From positions 62,001 to 99,870 of the IMG/VR virus record IMGVR_UViG_3300030103_004582: DNA of 37,870 nucleotides, one strand, 5' to 3'. A program made the position numbers and the translations under genes. Origin of the DNA: an uncultured virus (IMG/VR IMGVR_UViG_3300030103_004582) (lineage: Duplodnaviria > Heunggongvirae > Uroviricota > Caudoviricetes). Below, in pieces: positions 8,764-19,255 of the stretch. The first letter of the stretch is position 1, and every line of letters begins with the position of its first letter. Below the pieces are notes generated by a model, which was not told the origin of the DNA, searched no databases, and worked only from the letters and a program-made list of their open reading frames with translations.

Positions 8764-10403
8764 CGTAATTTACTCAACTAAAGAAAATAAAGATAGTCAC
8801 ATAGAACATATAAGAAAAACTTCTGGAATACATANNNNNNNNNNTAGAAGTAATTCAATATATTAATAATGGTAAATACTCTTTAACTGAAATATATAAT
8901 AAAGCACTTAAAGAAACTACAAATAATATTGTGGTTTTTTGTCATGATGATATTATTTTTGAAACTAAGAATTGGGGTAAAAAACTATTAAAGTTATATG
9001 AAAAAAATACAGAATATGGTATTATAGGTATTGCTGGTAGTAGAGAAATGCCTGTTTCTGGAAAATGGTGGGAAAACTCTAACCATATGTACGGTCAAGT
9101 TTACCACCAACATGAAGGAAAAAAATGGCTTTCTAAGTATTCAAATAAAAATAATGGTTATATTGATAATGTAATAATTGTTGATGGTTTATTTTTTAGT
9201 GTAAATAAAGAAAAAATAAAATGTGAGTTTGATGAAAATGTTAAAGGATTTCATTTTTATGAAATAGATTTTTGTTTCAGAAATTATTTAAAGGGGGTAA
9301 AAATAGGTGTAATATCAGATATAGATGTCACCCACTTATCTATTGGTGCAACTAATAAAGAATGGGAAGAAAATAGAATTATTTTTAGTGAAAAATTTAA
9401 GGATAATTTACCTGCAAAGGTAAAAAAAATATTTAGTAAAAATAATAAAATGAAAGTTTTAATAGGTTGTCTATTTTTTAATGATTACACTGGATCAGAA
9501 CTATATGTATATGAATTAGCCAAACAGTTAGTAAAAGAGAATTGTGAAGTAGATATCGTTTCTAATATTGGACCTAAAATGGTGCAAAGAATTAAAAAAT
9601 ATGGGGTAAATTGTTATCCTATACAAGAACCGCCAGGATATAAATTAGGTGATGGTAAATGGATTTTAAAAACGAGTAATGGGCCTACAATATCTGAAAA
9701 AAATAAATTATATAAATTAAGTGATGTAAAATATGACATTGTGCATATAAACCATAAACCTATTGGTAATCACTTAATAAAGTTATACCCTAACTTAACA
9801 TTCATAAACACAATACATTCAGAAGTGATTCCGGAATTAGAAGAACCGGTATTAAATGAAAAAGTAGGGAAGTATATAGCTATAAGAGAAAGTATAAAAG
9901 ATTTTATAAAGACTGATTGGGGTATTGATGACGAAAAAATAAAGGTAATTTATAATCCTATAGATGATACTAGATTTAAAATCTATGATAATATTAAAAC
10001 TAAACCATCAATTTTATTTGTAGGTTCTATAGATTATCTTAGAAAAAATACAATATACGATTTAGTAAAATATTGTGAAGATAATGAAAAAGAATTATGG
10101 TTAGTCGGTAAAAATAAGTCAGATTATTTAGAAGATTTAATTAAAAATAAACACGTGAAATATCATGAATCTTTATGGGGTGTGGAAAAATATGTTAGAG
10201 AATGTGAACAAACTGCAAGTATATTGATGGGTAGAACCACTATTGAAGGGTGGTTATGTGGTAAATCAGGTTGGATATACAATATTGACGAAGAAGGTAC
10301 GATAATAGATAAAAAATTACATAGTATACCTACAGATATTGAAAAATATAAATCTTCTAATATAACTAATCAAATAAAAAAAGAATATGAAAGTTTGATA
10401 TGA
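8756..10403 (+). CDS. Two-domain glycosyltransferase (GT-A N-terminal, GT-B C-terminal); true start probably 8756
   Basis: MISVIYST... before the N gap, then EVIQYINNGKYSLTEIYNKAL...VFCHDD, DGLF, FHFYEIDFC; C-terminal half TGSELYVYELA...VIYNPID...GRTTIEGWLCGK. Confidence 0.8.
8835..8844. other. Assembly scaffold gap (10 N) that causes an apparent frameshift
   Basis: Run of 10 N inside the GT gene. Confidence 0.99.
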
Positions 10404-11059
10404 AATTACTGATAAAGTTTCCAACAAGAGGTAGATCAAATAAATTTTTAAAAGTTTTAAAAAAATATAATGATTTATTAGAAGATAAGTCTACTAAAAT
10501 TATTGTTAGTTGCGATAATGATGATAAAGATATGAATCAAACTCATGTAAAAGAAGTATTAAGTGGTTATAAAAATGTTAAAGTTTTTTGGGGTGACAAT
10601 AAAAGTAAAATAGAAGCAATAAATGCTAATATTGAAGGTGAAGTTTTTGATATTATATTATTAGCGTCAGACGATATGATACCGGTAGAAAAAGGTTATG
10701 ATAAAATCATTAAAAACAAAATGAATAAATATTATCCAGATACTGATGGGGTATTGTGGTTTAATGATGGTTATCAAAAAGAAAAATTAAATACTCTTTG
10801 TATTTTAGGTAAAAAATATTACAATAGATTTAATTATATATATTATCCTAAATATATTTCGGTATGGTGTGATAATGAATTTATGGACGTTGCTAATATT
10901 TTGAAAAAACAAACTTATTTTAGTGATGTAATAATTAAACATGAACATCCTGATTGGGGGCATGGGAATAGAGATGAAATCCATCAAACTAATATGAAAA
11001 ATGAAAAACATGATAGAGAGCTTTATAATTTAAGAAAAAGACAAAATTTTAACTTATGA
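10400..11059 (+). CDS. GT-A (GT2-like) glycosyltransferase
   Basis: IKFPTRGR, LASDDM, Y.SVWCDNE, IIKHEH. Confidence 0.8.
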   Translation: MKLLIKFPTRGRSNKFLKVLKKYNDLLEDKSTKIIVSCDNDDKDMNQTHVKEVLSGYKNVKVFWGDNKSKIEAINANIEGEVFDIILLASDDMIPVEKGYDKIIKNKMNKYYPDTDGVLWFNDGYQKEKLNTLCILGKKYYNRFNYIYYPKYISVWCDNEFMDVANILKKQTYFSDVIIKHEHPDWGHGNRDEIHQTNMKNEKHDRELYNLRKRQNFNL

Positions 11060-11835
11060 AATTAGACGTTTATATACCTACATATCCACCACATTTCACT
11101 TATTTAAATAAAATTGTTGATATGTATTTAAAATCAACGGAAAAAGCCGATAATATTATTATTAGTGTTTCAGGATACAAAGACGTAAATAAAATTTTTT
11201 TCGATGATTTAGAAAAAAAAGAAAGTGTTAAAATAATTAGGAATAAAGAAAACAAATTAACTGCAGAAAATTTAATAGACTCTAATAAAACAAATTCAGA
11301 TATAATTTTATATCATGGTTCTGATGATTTTCCACATTTTCATAGAATCGAATTAGTTAAGTATTTTTTTAAAAATTACGATATAAAACATTTACATCAT
11401 TCTTACCATAAATGTAATGGTAATTTAACACATGGTAAAAATTGGGACGCAAAAAAAGAATCTTGGGGTAGTTCACATAAACTTAAAAACTTACATCATA
11501 CATTTAATTTAGATGATATTAATATTTACACTACCGATCAAATATATAAGAAATATTTTCCTGATGGTAATATAAAAACAGGATCACAAATTCAAAAACA
11601 GATTGGTTATTCATTTGCCGTCTTTAACCATTCAATGGCGATGGGAGCTTGCGCTATAAAAAGAGATGTTATGGATGAAATAAAATGGAATAGTAGAGAT
11701 TTTTTATTTAGTATAAATAACCCAATAGGAAGAGGTCAAGACTATGAGTTTTTTATGAGAATGGTACATAAATATAATAAAGGTTTACTTATATCCTACC
11801 CTCTTTATTATTATAATACATCTAGTTATAAATAA
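11056..11835 (+). CDS. GT-A (GT2-like) glycosyltransferase
   Basis: VYIPTY, GSDD..H.HR, GQDYEF, LYYY. Confidence 0.65.
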   Translation: MKLDVYIPTYPPHFTYLNKIVDMYLKSTEKADNIIISVSGYKDVNKIFFDDLEKKESVKIIRNKENKLTAENLIDSNKTNSDIILYHGSDDFPHFHRIELVKYFFKNYDIKHLHHSYHKCNGNLTHGKNWDAKKESWGSSHKLKNLHHTFNLDDINIYTTDQIYKKYFPDGNIKTGSQIQKQIGYSFAVFNHSMAMGACAIKRDVMDEIKWNSRDFLFSINNPIGRGQDYEFFMRMVHKYNKGLLISYPLYYYNTSSYK

Positions 11836-11839
11836 AAAA

Positions 11840-12538
11840 ATGAAAAAAATTGTATCATATAGTTTATGGGGTAACCATCCAATGTATTGGATTGGGGCAT
11901 TAAGAAATATTGAAATAATAGAAAAATACCTACCAGACTTTATATGTCGATTCTACATTGATAAAAATAGTAATCAGTCTCTAATAGACTCTATACCAGA
12001 AAATGATTTAGTAGAAAAGATATTAGTAGATTCAAATAAAGAATCTTTTTATGGGATGTTTTGGAGATTTTGGGCGGCAGATGATCCAGAAGTTGATGTT
12101 ATATTAAGTAGAGATTGTGATAGCAGAATTAGTGAAAGAGAGATAAAAGCTATAAATGAATGGTTAGAATCAGATAAAGATTTTCACATAATGCGAGATC
12201 ATCCGCACCATAATGTCCCAATATTAGGTGGAATGTGGGGTGCAAGAAATGGTATTTTAAGAGAAGTTAATATAACAAATAAAATAAAACAGTGGACTAA
12301 ATTTGATCGTAAAGGTGTGGATCAAGATTTCTTAGACCAAATTATATATCCATTAGTAAAAGATAAATCATTGATACATGACGATTGGGGTAGATTTGGT
12401 GGTAACATAAAGAAGTTTCCTGCTGGAAGAATAGATAGAGGATTTGTTGGGGAAATATATGATGAATATGATAATAGAAATAAAGAACACTATAAATTAA
12501 TCCCTTATGATAATATTATGAGAAATATATCTAAATAA
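11840..12538 (+). CDS. Putative GT-A glycosyltransferase (SLWG...RDxDSR family)
   Basis: SYSLWG, MFWRF, SRDCDSR...RE, FHIMRDHP.H, ILGGMWG, DQDFL. Confidence 0.65.
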   Translation: MKKIVSYSLWGNHPMYWIGALRNIEIIEKYLPDFICRFYIDKNSNQSLIDSIPENDLVEKILVDSNKESFYGMFWRFWAADDPEVDVILSRDCDSRISEREIKAINEWLESDKDFHIMRDHPHHNVPILGGMWGARNGILREVNITNKIKQWTKFDRKGVDQDFLDQIIYPLVKDKSLIHDDWGRFGGNIKKFPAGRIDRGFVGEIYDEYDNRNKEHYKLIPYDNIMRNISK

Positions 12539-12561
12539 CAATAAATAAAAAAACAAATATA

Positions 12562-13407
12562 ATGAAAAGAGTATTTTTAAGCACCGATGATAATCCTTTA
12601 TATATCCAATTTTGGCCGATTGCTGCTACCGCATGGAGGAATATGGGGTATGAACCTATGTTAACTTTAATAACTAACAGAAATTATGAGTCGTGGAAAT
12701 GGATGGAAGAGTTTGGTGAAGTGAGTAAATTTAATCTGAGACCGGAAATACCAGCCGGTAATTGGGCTAAAGTAGCTAGATATTTTAGTTATTATAAATA
12801 TAAAAATGATAAAGGGATGGTAGGTGATATGGATATGTTACCATTGAATAAAGAATATTTTGATAGTTTATTCAATTATGATGACGATAAACTAGTACTA
12901 TCTTCGTATGAAGCTTATAAAAATACTCCATATTGGGGTACATTTCCTTATTATAAATTTCCTGGTTGTTATATGATTGCAACAGGTAAAATATGGAAAG
13001 AAATAAATAATCCTAATAATTTATCAGAAGATGAGTTAATTAAAAGTTTTTACAATTTAAAAGTGTATAAAGAAAACGGAATTTATAAAGAAGGTATTAA
13101 TTATCCTTATAGTCAATTTTCTGAAGAATCTTTATGTAGAGTATTAGTATACAGGTGGGATCCAAAACTTAAAAATATAGTCAAATTAAAACGTCCTGGA
13201 GGTTGGAGTAATGGAATGGCAGTTAGACGTATTGATAGAGCTAACTGGAGATATGATGTGGAACAACTAAAAAAAGGATTTTATTTAGATGCTCATTGTT
13301 TACGACCTCTATCACAACATAGACAACAATTACAACCTCTTTATGATTATTTAGGGATTGATAAAGAATTAGTAGAATTGGGTATAAAAAAATCTCAAGA
13401 GAAATAA
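12562..13407 (+). CDS. Putative GT-A glycosyltransferase
   Basis: STDDNPLY..FWP, DMDMLPL (DxD motif), YLDAH..RP; lies among GT genes. Confidence 0.55.
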   Translation: MKRVFLSTDDNPLYIQFWPIAATAWRNMGYEPMLTLITNRNYESWKWMEEFGEVSKFNLRPEIPAGNWAKVARYFSYYKYKNDKGMVGDMDMLPLNKEYFDSLFNYDDDKLVLSSYEAYKNTPYWGTFPYYKFPGCYMIATGKIWKEINNPNNLSEDELIKSFYNLKVYKENGIYKEGINYPYSQFSEESLCRVLVYRWDPKLKNIVKLKRPGGWSNGMAVRRIDRANWRYDVEQLKKGFYLDAHCLRPLSQHRQQLQPLYDYLGIDKELVELGIKKSQEK

Positions 13408-13416
13408 AATTATCTT

Positions 13417-14277
13417 ATGAAAATATTAATTATTCAGGAAAAAGGTAGAAACAGTGGTAATTTAGAATATCGGGAAGCCCTAAACTTAAATAGATCCTTA
13501 CAGAAATATAACGTTGAGTCTATAGTGTGGGGGCTCAATTATGATAATTTTATAATACCATTTAATGAAATTTCTAAAGATTGTGATGTGATTCTATTGT
13601 TGGAGAATTATGAAGAAAATAACTGGGTGCCTGATTTAAGTAATTTCACAGGACTAAAAATATTTTGGTCAATAGATTCTCACTGCATACACCAAAAACA
13701 TATTAATACCTGTAATAAACATAATATTGATATTGTTTTACATGCGGTATACGGACATGAAAAATATTTCACTCAAAAATGTATTTATTTCCCTAATGCG
13801 TATCCTGATGATTTAATTTATCCAATAGACAATGTGGAAAAAATAAATAATGTAGGTTTTTGTGGTAATTGGTTAAATAGAAGACAATGGATTAATTTAA
13901 TTGAAAGAAATAAAATACCGGTGAAAAAAGATATATTTGTCATTGGTGATGAAATGGTGAAAGCAATTAATTCCTATAAAATACATTTTAATAGAAATTT
14001 ATCTGAGGACATAAATTTCAGAACCTTTGAGACTTTAGGGTGTAAAACTTTATTAATTACTAATCGTACTGCAGGATTAGAAAACCTATTCACTATCGGT
14101 GAAAACATTGTTGTTTACGAAAATGAAAAAGACTTAATAGATAAAATAAAATTTTATTTAGACAATGATAAAGAAAGGGAAAAGATGGTAGAAAAAGGTT
14201 ATGAACATGTTAAGAAAAACCACACATATTATAAAAGGGCTGCACAATTAATAAATATTATAAAAGAAAATCTATAA
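13417..14277 (+). CDS. CgeB-like GT-B glycosyltransferase
   Basis: YKIHFN...NFRTFETLGC..LLIT...HTYYKRA. Confidence 0.8.
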   Translation: MKILIIQEKGRNSGNLEYREALNLNRSLQKYNVESIVWGLNYDNFIIPFNEISKDCDVILLLENYEENNWVPDLSNFTGLKIFWSIDSHCIHQKHINTCNKHNIDIVLHAVYGHEKYFTQKCIYFPNAYPDDLIYPIDNVEKINNVGFCGNWLNRRQWINLIERNKIPVKKDIFVIGDEMVKAINSYKIHFNRNLSEDINFRTFETLGCKTLLITNRTAGLENLFTIGENIVVYENEKDLIDKIKFYLDNDKEREKMVEKGYEHVKKNHTYYKRAAQLINIIKENL

Positions 14278-14288
14278 AAACAAAATAA

Positions 14289-15329
14289 ATGAAAAAAGTT
14301 TTAATAACAGGAATTAATGGACAAGATGGTTCTTATTTGGCTGAATTTTTAATAGAAAAAAAATATGAGGTTTGGGGTACAGTTAAAAGAAACTCTGTTT
14401 CAGAAACTCAATCTACTAGAATAGAGCATTTAAGAGAATTAAATAAAATTAATTTAGAATATGCGGATTTAACAGATATGGCTTCTTTAGTGAGGGTTTT
14501 ACAAAAAGTACAACCAGATGAAATATATAATTTAGCTGCACAGTCACATGTTAGGATTAGTTTCGATCAACCAATATATACTGCGAATGCAACAGGTTTA
14601 GGAACACTTAACTTATTAGAAGCAATACGAATGGTTTCACCACAATCTAAGATGTATCAAGCATCCTCTTCAGAAATGTTTGGTAATAATATAGATATAG
14701 ATGGTTATCAGAGGGAAACTACACCATTGAGCCCAGTATCACCTTATGGTTGTGCTAAAGTATTTTCTTATAATATATGTAGAAACTATAGGAATTCTTA
14801 TAATATGAAAATATGGAATGGTATTTTATTTAACCATGAGTCGCCTAGAAGAGGGACTAATTTTGTAACCAACAAAGTGGTTAAAGCGGCAGTTAAAATC
14901 AAATTAGGGTTACAAAAAGAATTACGTTTAGGTAATTTAGATGCAACTAGAGATTGGGGACACGCGAAAGATTATGTTGAGGCTATGTGGTTAATGTTAC
15001 AAGACGATAAACCAGAGGATTATGTTTGTGCTACAGGCGTATCTCATTCGGTAAGAGATTTATGTGAGTACACATTTAAATCACTAAATTTAAATTATGA
15101 AGATTATGTTAAAGTAGATGAAAAACATAAAAGACCTGAAGAATTAAGAAACTTAAAAGGTGATTCAACAAAGATTAAAAACAAATTAGGGTGGAATCCT
15201 AAATATACGTTTGAGTCTATGATTGATGAAATGATTAAATATTGGTTAGATTATTATTATAACAAAAAACCTTATTTAAATAATAACTGGATAGTAAATA
15301 ATGAAAAAGTAGAAAATTTAGATTTATGA
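14289..15329 (+). CDS. gmd: GDP-mannose 4,6-dehydratase
   Basis: LITGINGQDGSYLAE, YNLAAQSHV, QASSSE, SPYGCAK, LFNHESPRRG, LGNLDATRDWGHA. Confidence 0.97.
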   Translation: MKKVLITGINGQDGSYLAEFLIEKKYEVWGTVKRNSVSETQSTRIEHLRELNKINLEYADLTDMASLVRVLQKVQPDEIYNLAAQSHVRISFDQPIYTANATGLGTLNLLEAIRMVSPQSKMYQASSSEMFGNNIDIDGYQRETTPLSPVSPYGCAKVFSYNICRNYRNSYNMKIWNGILFNHESPRRGTNFVTNKVVKAAVKIKLGLQKELRLGNLDATRDWGHAKDYVEAMWLMLQDDKPEDYVCATGVSHSVRDLCEYTFKSLNLNYEDYVKVDEKHKRPEELRNLKGDSTKIKNKLGWNPKYTFESMIDEMIKYWLDYYYNKKPYLNNNWIVNNEKVENLDL

Positions 15330-16276
15330 GTAAAAAAATTTTAGTAACGGGTGGTAATGGGTTAGTTGGTTCTAACTTTAAAGGTAAAAAAAACTATGTA
15401 ACTTGGGGTAGAGATCATTGTGATTTACGTAATAAATATTCAGTTGAGAAAAGTATGAGTGAAGAGATTTTTGATGGTGTAATTCATGCTGCAGCTAAAG
15501 TAGGTGGTTTAGGTGGTAATATGAATTTTAAAGGTGAGTTTTTCTATGAAAATATAATGATTAATACTAATGTTATTGAAACTGCGAGAAAAACTCGTGT
15601 TGAAAACTTAGTTTGTTTCTTATCAACCTGTGTGTTCCCAAATGATGTAGAATACCCATTAACGGAAAAAAATATACATATGGGTCCACCACATTTTAGT
15701 AATGATGCTTATGCATATGCCAAAAGAATGGCAGACATTCAAATAAGAGCGTATAGAGAACAATATGGTTTAAATTATAAATCAGTCATACCTACTAACA
15801 TATATGGAATAAACGATAATTTCGATATAGAAAATGGACATGTAGTACCTTCTTTAATCCATAAATGTTACATCGCAAGAGAAACTAATACTCCCTTAAC
15901 TATTTGGGGTAGTGGAAAACCTTTAAGAGAATTTATATATAATAAAGATGTTGCTAAACTTACTGAATGGGTATTACATAATTATAACGAAGATGAACCA
16001 ATAATTTTATCCACTTCTGAAGAAATATCAATAAAGGAAGTGGTTGATATGATTATAGAAATAATGAATTTTAAAGGTGAAGTTAAATGGGATATTAATA
16101 AACCAGATGGACAGTACAGAAAACCTTCGGATAATAGTAAAATAAAACATTATTTACCTAATTTTAAATTCACCCCAATTTATAAAGGTTTAAGTGAAAC
16201 TATAAGTTGGTTTGAGACTAATTATGACAAAATTAGAGGAACAAAAAATCAATCAATAGTTACATCTCAACAATAA
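15326..16276 (+). CDS. fcl: GDP-L-fucose synthase (epimerase/reductase)
   Basis: TGGNGLVG, HAAAKVGG, STCVFP, YAYAKR, PTNIYG.NDNF, HVVP, WGSGKPLREF; overlaps the end of gmd. Confidence 0.93.
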   Translation: MSKKILVTGGNGLVGSNFKGKKNYVTWGRDHCDLRNKYSVEKSMSEEIFDGVIHAAAKVGGLGGNMNFKGEFFYENIMINTNVIETARKTRVENLVCFLSTCVFPNDVEYPLTEKNIHMGPPHFSNDAYAYAKRMADIQIRAYREQYGLNYKSVIPTNIYGINDNFDIENGHVVPSLIHKCYIARETNTPLTIWGSGKPLREFIYNKDVAKLTEWVLHNYNEDEPIILSTSEEISIKEVVDMIIEIMNFKGEVKWDINKPDGQYRKPSDNSKIKHYLPNFKFTPIYKGLSETISWFETNYDKIRGTKNQSIVTSQQ

Positions 16277-16300
16277 AAAAATATAATAAGTATTAAAAAA

Positions 16301-16924
16301 ATGAAAATAGGTATAACAATAGATGGTGTTGTAAGAGATTTTATAACAAAATTTGAATTAGTGTATGATAAATATTATCCTGTTATTGATGAAGAAACAG
16401 GTGAGAATAAAGAAATAGAAAGGGATATAAAAGATTTAAATTTATTGAGTCATTTTGAATTTACTGGTGGTACAAAAGACTTAAACAAATTTATGTATGT
16501 TGATGCATCATTAGAAATATTTGGACATGCGGGTGAAGTAAAATTAAATTCTGTGGAACACTTAAACCAATTACATAATATGATAGAGGATATGGGCCAT
16601 ACCCCAATTATTATTAGTAAAGAGTTAAATAATAGTAAACCGGCAACATTATTCTTTTTATCTAAATTATCTTGTAAAGTAAATACCATTAAATTTGTAA
16701 GAGACTACAAAGATAAATGGGAACATGTTGATGTATTAATAACTGCGTCTCCTGATACATTATTAACAAAACCATCAGAAAAAGTATCAATTAAAGTTAT
16801 CAATACGTACAATAAAAATTGTAACTCAGATTATACAATAGTTGATTTAAAAGAATTATTAGAAGATAAAAGTATGTTAGAAAAAATTTTAAGTACTGAA
16901 ACAATTGAATATGAAGATATATAA
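16301..16924 (+). CDS. HAD-fold 5'-nucleotidase-like protein with degenerate motif I
   Basis: MKIGITIDGVVRDF against canonical IGIDIDGV..DF; DVLITAS where IDD is expected. Confidence 0.65.
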   Translation: MKIGITIDGVVRDFITKFELVYDKYYPVIDEETGENKEIERDIKDLNLLSHFEFTGGTKDLNKFMYVDASLEIFGHAGEVKLNSVEHLNQLHNMIEDMGHTPIIISKELNNSKPATLFFLSKLSCKVNTIKFVRDYKDKWEHVDVLITASPDTLLTKPSEKVSIKVINTYNKNCNSDYTIVDLKELLEDKSMLEKILSTETIEYEDI

Positions 16925-16980
16925 TCAGTTTAATGTTTACTTATGACAATAATAATTTAAATTAAAAAAAAAAGATTAAT

Positions 16981-17295
16981 ATGGATGATATATTATTAAA
17001 TGTGGGGGGTAAAGAATTTTATTTCGATATCGATCAATTAGCAAATCAAGTACAATATGACATTGAAACTAAGTGTGAGGACAATTCAAAAGAAACTAAT
17101 GAAGATGAATCTTTAGCATCGTTAAAAATAGATGTAACTAAATACGAAATGTATAGAGATTTAATTGGTGCATTACTTAGTTATAATGATATAGTAGACG
17201 ATAAAATGGGTATGATGGGATTAAATCAATTACCAATACCATTTAAACTATCATTTAACACCTTACTAATGAAAGGTATAATAAAAGAATTATAA
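16981..17295 (+). CDS. Hypothetical protein
   Basis: 104-aa ORF. Confidence 0.75.
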   Translation: MDDILLNVGGKEFYFDIDQLANQVQYDIETKCEDNSKETNEDESLASLKIDVTKYEMYRDLIGALLSYNDIVDDKMGMMGLNQLPIPFKLSFNTLLMKGIIKEL

Positions 17296-17317
17296 TAAAT
17301 AAATTAAAAACGAAAAA

Positions 17318-18448
17318 ATGAGTGAAAATAAAAGTACAGTAAAAGATACTATCGAAAAGATAGTTAAAAAAGATTTCGGTATCTACTTCTTTACTTTAGA
17401 TACTAAAGGTAATCCCACTGCAGGTGTGGCAACCATTTATGAACATGTTAAAATATTAAGAGAATTAGGTTTTAATGCTCAAATATTACATGATAAAAAT
17501 GATTACAAATTAAGAGGTGATGAAGAAGGTATGGGTATTGCTGAATGGTTGGGTGAAGAATATGCAGAATTACCACACATATCCATTGAATCTCAAACAC
17601 TTAAAGTGGGACCACAAGATTTTGTAATAATTCCTGAAGCATTTGCTAGTATTATGAAACAAACAGTAAATTTTCCTTGTAAAAGAATAGTATTCTTACA
17701 ATCTTACGAATACATTTTCGAAATGTTAGAGATTGGTGAAAATTGGAGTGCCTTTGGTATTAATGAAGTAATAACCACTAATGAAAATTTAAAAAAGTAT
17801 GCCGAGTCAATTTTTAGAAACTTAGTTACAGAAGTAATTCCTATTGGTATCCCTAATTATTTTAAAAATAGTGATAAACCTAAAATACCTACAATTGCTA
17901 TTTCTGCTAGAGATAAAAGAGAAATTTTGAAAATTGTAAAAGTATTTTTCCAAAAATACCCTCACTATCGTTTTATAACTTTTAGAGATATGTCAGGTTT
18001 ACCTAGAAAAGAATTTGCAAAAACTTTATCTGAATCATTTTTAGGTGTTTGGGTAGATGAATTATCAAGTTTTGGTACATTTCCACTAGAAGCTATTAAG
18101 TCAAAAACACCAGTTATTGGTAAAATTCCTAGAATGATACCTGAATGGATGGGTGAAACAGATGAAAATGGATCACTTAAGTTAATAGATAATGGTGTTT
18201 GGGTTACTAATTTAAATGCTATACCAGACATGATATCCACTATGGTTGGTTTATATTTAGAGGATGCGTTACCTCAGAACGTATTAAGTAAGATGGAAGA
18301 GTATGAAAATAAATATAGTGAAGAAGAAACTAGACAACACATTAAAGAGGTATATAATAGAATTTTTAGTAGAAGACTAACAGAATTAGGTGTAGTAGAT
18401 GCTAAAGAGACTGAAAATAACAAAAAAGAAGAAATTACAACAAAATAA
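17318..18448 (+). CDS. GT-B fold glycosyltransferase-like protein
   Basis: PTAGVATIYEHV..L, DFVIIPE, SFGTFPLEA...PVIG. Confidence 0.75.
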   Translation: MSENKSTVKDTIEKIVKKDFGIYFFTLDTKGNPTAGVATIYEHVKILRELGFNAQILHDKNDYKLRGDEEGMGIAEWLGEEYAELPHISIESQTLKVGPQDFVIIPEAFASIMKQTVNFPCKRIVFLQSYEYIFEMLEIGENWSAFGINEVITTNENLKKYAESIFRNLVTEVIPIGIPNYFKNSDKPKIPTIAISARDKREILKIVKVFFQKYPHYRFITFRDMSGLPRKEFAKTLSESFLGVWVDELSSFGTFPLEAIKSKTPVIGKIPRMIPEWMGETDENGSLKLIDNGVWVTNLNAIPDMISTMVGLYLEDALPQNVLSKMEEYENKYSEEETRQHIKEVYNRIFSRRLTELGVVDAKETENNKKEEITTK

Positions 18449-18457
18449 AAAATAGTT

Positions 18458-19255
18458 ATGAAAACAGATATTAGTTTAATTATTCCAATTCACAAGTTAG
18501 ATGATAGTGTAAGTGAATATTTTGAAAAAGCAATTAAAAGTGTTAATGAACAAAAAACACTTCCGGATGAGGTTTTAATCGTACATGCAAAAAATAAAAA
18601 ATTAAAAGACTTTTTAAATTCCTTTGAATACGGTGATATATCCTCAATTACAAAAGTTGTGGAAAATAAAAGTGGTGATTACGACTTTCAGTCACAAATA
18701 AATTACGGTGTAGAACAATCTACATCTAAATACTTCTCATTTTTAGAATACGATGATTCATTATCCCCTATATGGTTTGATAATGTAGTTAAGTATAGAG
18801 ATGCATATCCTGAAGTAGATGTATTTTTACCTATAATTTTTGAATGTAACGAAAATGGTGAATTTATTTCTTTTACTAATGAAAATGTTTGGGTGCAAAA
18901 TGTATCAGAAAGTATGGGACTATTAGATCATGAGACGTTACAAAAAATACAAAATTTTAATTTTGATGGTATGGTAGTTAATAAAGAATTATTTAAAGAA
19001 CATGGTGGGTTAAAAAAACATATGAAATTAACTTTTACTTATGAATTTTTATTACGATTAAGTTACTTAGATGTACAAATAATGGTGATACCTAAATTAG
19101 GTTATAAACATATTAATAATCGTGCTGGATCATTGTTTGACGAATATAAAAACAATATTAATGTATTAGAAAGTAAATTTTGGGTTAATAAAGCAAAAAA
19201 AGAATATTTTTTCACCGAAGACAGAGAAATAACATATGATGTAGAAACAACTTAA
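18458..19255 (+). CDS. GT2-like glycosyltransferase
   Basis: ISLIIP, AIKSV.EQ..PDEVLIV, INYGV, FLEYDD, YEFLLRL. Confidence 0.8.
   Translation: MKTDISLIIPIHKLDDSVSEYFEKAIKSVNEQKTLPDEVLIVHAKNKKLKDFLNSFEYGDISSITKVVENKSGDYDFQSQINYGVEQSTSKYFSFLEYDDSLSPIWFDNVVKYRDAYPEVDVFLPIIFECNENGEFISFTNENVWVQNVSESMGLLDHETLQKIQNFNFDGMVVNKELFKEHGGLKKHMKLTFTYEFLLRLSYLDVQIMVIPKLGYKHINNRAGSLFDEYKNNINVLESKFWVNKAKKEYFFTEDREITYDVETT

Noticed and set aside
8756..8931. Apparent frameshift or pseudogene at the start of the two-domain GT
   Set aside because: The frame change coincides with a 10-N gap of arbitrary length.
6068..19255. Host O-antigen or capsule locus flanking a prophage
   Set aside because: No wzx, wzy, wza or initiating transferase; continuous with phage genes and the phage sigma; no integrase or att site seen.
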